45,685 nucleotides of DNA from a virus. Within the stretch, counting starts at the first letter, position 1. Every line of letters starts with the position of its first letter. The stretch is taken from positions 1 to 45,685 of the IMG/VR virus record IMGVR_UViG_3300037692_000109, one strand, 5' to 3'. The notes beneath the pieces were generated by a model. It searched no databases, was not told the origin of the DNA, and saw only the letters and a list, made by a program, of their open reading frames with translations. A program made the translations under genes and the position numbers. Shown here in pieces: positions 42,370-45,685 of the stretch.

Positions 42370-44363
42370 TTTAGTTCCTTTCCGTCTGAGGGAGCGCTGG
42401 GGATTTTTATAAACCAACAGTAGTTTTCGCCAATCTCCAGCGGGAGGCCGGATGCCTTGGCAAATTCGTTCACGGCTTCGGTTACGCCGAATTTAGGAAA
42501 GCCCGCGTTTTCGTAGTCATGACCGCCGAGCCAGCCACCCGGCTTAACCTTCGTAGCCCATGCTTCGATGTCAGCCTTGCATCCCGCGTAGGAGTGATCG
42601 GCGTCGAGAAAAACTAAATCGTATTCGTGCGGCGTCTGTTTTGCCGCTCGCACGGAACGACCGCGTAGGATTGTCCTGCGCTCGGCCGCAAAGGCGGTCT
42701 TGCTATTAGCCCGCTCGAAATAACCGTCTTGCTCAGCTTGCGACAATCCAGCATGGAAGTCGCCGCTATCGCCGTTATAGGCCTTGCCGTCGCCTTCCCA
42801 GCTATCGACCATATCGAGATGAAGGATCGGGTTGCCGTGTAAGAGAGCCGCCGACATGTCGCCGCCGAATACGCCGACCTCGGCAATTCTTGGGTTCGCT
42901 GCTCCGTTAAGCCGATTGAGAACTTCCGTTGCCCTGATCTGGGCGGAAGTCATAGGCATGTTATCGGCCAAGTCTCTGGCGACAGTTGGCAACAAACCAT
43001 CACCCGCTACGGTGATAATGCACCCATCGGCCACAAGACCCGGAACAAAATCCTGAAACTCATTGACCTGTTGCGCCATCCAAGGCGCTGCGCGGTAATG
43101 TTTGCCACGGTAAAGCGCGTCAACGATCCTGTCATTGTCGTTTAGCGTTTGGGCGTAAGCGTGGTGGTGATCTTCTCTGTAAGAGCTATCAAATCCGTGC
43201 AGGTGCATCTTGCGATACCCGGCCGCGAACGCCAGAACCATCGTGTTAAGCCCGACAGTCGAACCGCCGCCGATTAGATGAACCGGCCGGGCTTTCTCAT
43301 CCGAAAGAGCCTCACGCATTCCCGGCGCGTTAACGTGCCACAAGACCGTGCGGCCATCGGCAGCATCGAATAGCGACGGGTCGCATTGCGAGGCGAGATA
43401 AACCGCGCCATCATCCAGGATAAAACTGACGTTCTCCGGCCTTGCATCGACAATCACAACGGCGTCGGGCTCAATCCCATTGAGCTTCAGGAAATGCCCA
43501 GCGCCGTTAAGCGCCCAGACCTTTTGACCGATGCTCTGTCGCCATTTCAATTCCGGCAGAGTATCGGCAAGCGACGGCCCGCCACCAACGATGCAAACAT
43601 GCCCATCATGGGGTTGAGCCGTATCGAACCATGGTAGATCACGCGCGATGGAGGACCGCACATTACCGAGTGTCATTTCCAAAGCGGTGTTGCAGACCAC
43701 ATCAAGTTCGGCGCGGGTCATCCCGCCGACCTGCCAGACCTCAGGCACCCACCCATCGAGAACATCAAGCGGCTTGGGAAAGCCGTGAAAGCAAACCACG
43801 CTGGCTTTCGCTGGCGGACCATTGATTGTCTTGTAGGAGACGAACGCATCTGGGAATTCGGCCTGAAGCCTCACGGCGTCGGGTATCACGCTCTCAATCC
43901 ATGCCTGATCGCCCCAGGTATGGTTAATCTCGAAATCGTCGGGGCATCCCGCCGCTTCGTACTTCTCCCAAACCTGTGTCGTGGTCCCGGCTTCCCATGC
44001 CATGACCGCAGATTGCAGACCGTCAGGACGATAGAAGTCCTGCAACATCGCAAACGGGCCGCGATAGGCCGCTATTTCATCAAGTCTGCCGGTGATGACG
44101 CAGCCAAGATCAAAATACAGAACCCGATCACCGTCAGGAAATACCCCAGCCTTGTGCAGACCTAGCTTTGCCCACCATCCCGGTAAATCGACGGGCAATG
44201 GACGGACCTCAATGCCCTTGTCGAGCGCGTCGCCTTGGTCAGTGAAGCAGATGAACCGCCCCTCGAACCCATCCGCCAGATTGCGACGGACGGAATCGAA
44301 AAGGATATTGACGTAGGCCGGGGAAAAACGATCCCCGGCCCTTATGCAACAGATGTTGAGCAT
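42366..44363 (-). CDS. Three-domain fusion: glycosyltransferase-like, DUF115/Maf (MptE-like), and class I SAM methyltransferase (Methyltransf_24-like)
   Basis: aa 1-215: CCIRAGDRFSPAYVNILFDSVRRNL, PGWWAKLGL, VLYFDLGCVI. aa 250-460: VCIVGGGPSL, PDAVVIVD, LIGGGSTVGLNTMVLAFAAGYRKMHLHGFDSSY. aa 485-652: IAEVGVFGGDMS, YDLVFLDADHSYAGCKADIEAW..KPGGWLGGHDY. Confidence 0.8.
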   Translation of the reverse strand: MLNICCIRAGDRFSPAYVNILFDSVRRNLADGFEGRFICFTDQGDALDKGIEVRPLPVDLPGWWAKLGLHKAGVFPDGDRVLYFDLGCVITGRLDEIAAYRGPFAMLQDFYRPDGLQSAVMAWEAGTTTQVWEKYEAAGCPDDFEINHTWGDQAWIESVIPDAVRLQAEFPDAFVSYKTINGPPAKASVVCFHGFPKPLDVLDGWVPEVWQVGGMTRAELDVVCNTALEMTLGNVRSSIARDLPWFDTAQPHDGHVCIVGGGPSLADTLPELKWRQSIGQKVWALNGAGHFLKLNGIEPDAVVIVDARPENVSFILDDGAVYLASQCDPSLFDAADGRTVLWHVNAPGMREALSDEKARPVHLIGGGSTVGLNTMVLAFAAGYRKMHLHGFDSSYREDHHHAYAQTLNDNDRIVDALYRGKHYRAAPWMAQQVNEFQDFVPGLVADGCIITVAGDGLLPTVARDLADNMPMTSAQIRATEVLNRLNGAANPRIAEVGVFGGDMSAALLHGNPILHLDMVDSWEGDGKAYNGDSGDFHAGLSQAEQDGYFERANSKTAFAAERRTILRGRSVRAAKQTPHEYDLVFLDADHSYAGCKADIEAWATKVKPGGWLGGHDYENAGFPKFGVTEAVNEFAKASGLPLEIGENYCWFIKIPSAPSDGKELK

Positions 44364-44364
44364 A

Positions 44365-44886
44365 CTAGACCAGCGTGCCAGTCTTCTGGGTCGGTCGGTT
44401 GAGTGTCACCACACAAGTTGAAGTGGTGGTGGTGACGGTCGCGGTCGCCGGGAAGCGGGCACCTAGAACCTGACGACCGGCAACCGAAGTCGGCATGACG
44501 CGGCCGGCCGTGCCGGACAGATAGACCTTGAACGTCGAAGCAGGGTCGATCTTGGTGGCGGTTTTCAGAACCACGGCATTGCCGCTGATCTGGAACCATC
44601 CATAGAGGGCCGCCGTAATAGCCGCCATGGCAACAGCCACGGACGAACCACCATCGACAACGCCGGAGGTCGTTGTCAACTTGACCGCATCGGCAGCGGC
44701 GTTGTCGTAGTAGTAGACAAGCAGACCAGCGACGACGCCTGCGCTGCCCTTGAGATAGATGAACTCGCCTTCGCCATAGGTCGGATCGGTGGCCCTGACG
44801 ACAGTACCCACGGGGACCAGCTCAGTGCTGCTGGTGCTCGTGATCTTCGGATACCCCAGCGAAGGGGTCGCGATAGCATAAGCCAT
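44365..44886 (-). CDS. Putative capsid decoration/accessory protein (DUF2190-like pattern) with Ser/Thr-rich ends
   Basis: 173 aa directly after the capsid gene, with an AAGGAG RBS. Ser/Thr runs are KITSTSSTE near the N-terminus and ATATVTTTTSTCVVT near the C-terminus. Confidence 0.55.
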   Translation of the reverse strand: MAYAIATPSLGYPKITSTSSTELVPVGTVVRATDPTYGEGEFIYLKGSAGVVAGLLVYYYDNAAADAVKLTTTSGVVDGGSSVAVAMAAITAALYGWFQISGNAVVLKTATKIDPASTFKVYLSGTAGRVMPTSVAGRQVLGARFPATATVTTTTSTCVVTLNRPTQKTGTLV

Positions 44887-44911
44887 GTAAGGCTCCTTAT
44901 GGAATGAGGAA

Positions 44912-44941
44912 AGAAAAAAGGCGGCCCGTTAAGGCCGCCCT
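44912..44941 (-). terminator. Intrinsic terminator or attenuator immediately downstream of the major capsid gene
   Basis: Minus strand: GGCGGCC-TTAACG-GGCCGCC followed by TTTTTTCTTT, starting 6 nt after the capsid stop. Confidence 0.65.
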
Positions 44942-44946
44942 TAAGA

Positions 44947-45685
44947 TCACGAAGCCGTATCGGAGTCGTACATGCGCCAGTGGAACAGCGGGTTGGTCAT
45001 GGTCAACTCACCCATCCACCCGATGAACTGCGCAAGCGCGTCCTGGTTGATTGGCTTCTGGCCGTCGCCCTCGAACAGCTTGTCGAAATTGCGGCTCGGA
45101 TTGTAGCGGAGCCGCAGGCTGTCGGTGTCCAGACCGTAGGTCGTATCCGCCGGCATGTTCGAGCCGATACCGCCATCAAGGACGATTTCGGCACGCTTTC
45201 CGCCGCCAACATATTCCAGAGTCGAGAAGCCGAGCTTCGCAAGCCCGCCCTCCTTCTGAATGCGCTGGACCGCGATGGTCGCGGCGTCATACGCCTCGTA
45301 GTGCTCAGGCGACATCAACAGCAAATCGGCATGGCGGCGGCCACGGGAACGAGCCGTCATGATCCGGTTGAGAAGCGGACGGATCGTGGTTGAACTGACC
45401 TGTGTGCCGATACTCGCGAAGTCGGTATCGACATCATAGGTCGTGGTGCGCCAAATCGCGTTATCGACGCGCGAAATGCCGCCATAAGTTCCGGCGTCCT
45501 CGACAATCGGCACCGCCGCAGCTAGGCCGGTCAATTGCTTGCCGCCGTTCGCCGTGCCATCAGAGTGAATGGCGGTGTCCATCGCGTCTTCGAGGCCGCT
45601 TTCCGCCGCCTTCATGTACGATTTCAGGACCGGCTTGAGCTGGTTGGCACCCTGATTGTTCAGGATTTCTTCCATGGTCAAGCTG
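44947..45685 (-). CDS. Major capsid protein, C-terminal part (N-terminal part is at 408..128 after circular wrap; about 340 aa in total)
   Basis: The ORF runs to the window edge. The apparent TTG start is an edge artefact, and the frame is continuous with 1..408. Confidence 0.85.
   Translation of the reverse strand, partial: SLTMEEILNNQGANQLKPVLKSYMKAAESGLEDAMDTAIHSDGTANGGKQLTGLAAAVPIVEDAGTYGGISRVDNAIWRTTTYDVDTDFASIGTQVSSTTIRPLLNRIMTARSRGRRHADLLLMSPEHYEAYDAATIAVQRIQKEGGLAKLGFSTLEYVGGGKRAEIVLDGGIGSNMPADTTYGLDTDSLRLRYNPSRNFDKLFEGDGQKPINQDALAQFIGWMGELTMTNPLFHWRMYDSDTAS
45559..45685. repeat. Terminal direct repeat, copy 2 (identical to 1..127)
   Basis: 127/127 identity to the window start. Confidence 0.95.

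Larger units (their letters stand above)
1..45685. mobile_element. Complete circularly closed temperate phage genome with a podovirus-like virion module; 45558 bp unique plus a 127-bp overlap
   Basis: The first 127 nt equal the last 127 nt, and the capsid ORF reads in frame across the junction. Packaging, head, tail, lysis, immunity and integration genes are all present. Confidence 0.85.

Noticed and set aside
1-45685. CRISPR arrays, tRNA or rRNA genes, IS elements
   Set aside because: I saw no regularly spaced short direct repeats, no cloverleaf-compatible segments in the intergenic regions inspected, and no transposase-like ORFs. The only repeats are the end overlap, the promoter/operator pair and the junction sequences.

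Overview
The window is one complete, circularly closed genome of a temperate, podovirus-like phage. Unique length is 45,558 bp, and nt 1-127 are identical to nt 45559-45685. The host is probably an alphaproteobacterium (Rhizobiales-like), inferred from GcrA-, GapR- and DUF3309-type genes and the high GC content.

Layout:
- Immunity switch at 10.5-11.5 kb: a Cro/YdaS-like gene faces left, an XRE repressor faces right, and a 27-nt promoter/operator element is duplicated.
- Leftward early operon (10785 -> 6661): a GapR-like protein, DUF1376, a GcrA-like protein and a DnaA domain-IV-only protein, ending in tandem terminators.
- Leftward late operon (about 6560 -> 1, then across the junction 45685 -> 27637): TerS, TerL, portal, scaffold, major capsid (split by the window ends), a decoration-like protein, a three-domain glycosyltransferase/Maf(DUF115)/methyltransferase fusion, adaptor and nozzle candidates, a GNAT acetyltransferase, three ejection/internal proteins, tail fibres and a multi-gene lysis cassette.
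- Rightward early operon (11537 -> 26175): many small genes, an SSB-tail-bearing protein, DUF968, DUF3850 and DUF4326 proteins, and an embedded integration block (HTH-T5orf172, a small protein, two tandem tyrosine recombinases, HNH-AP2).
- Moron islets at 26.2-27.6 kb, 30.2-30.5 kb and 34.4-34.7 kb.

I found no tRNA, rRNA or CRISPR array.

The best candidate for an undescribed system is the glycosyltransferase/Maf-like/SAM-methyltransferase fusion at 42366-44363. It sits in the head-tail module next to a Ser/Thr-rich capsid-accessory protein, which suggests virion glycosylation. Close behind are the GNAT gene inside the ejection-protein operon, the tandem recombinases, and the trio of host cell-cycle and nucleoid regulator mimics.

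All family assignments come from motif-level reading of the translations, not from database searches.
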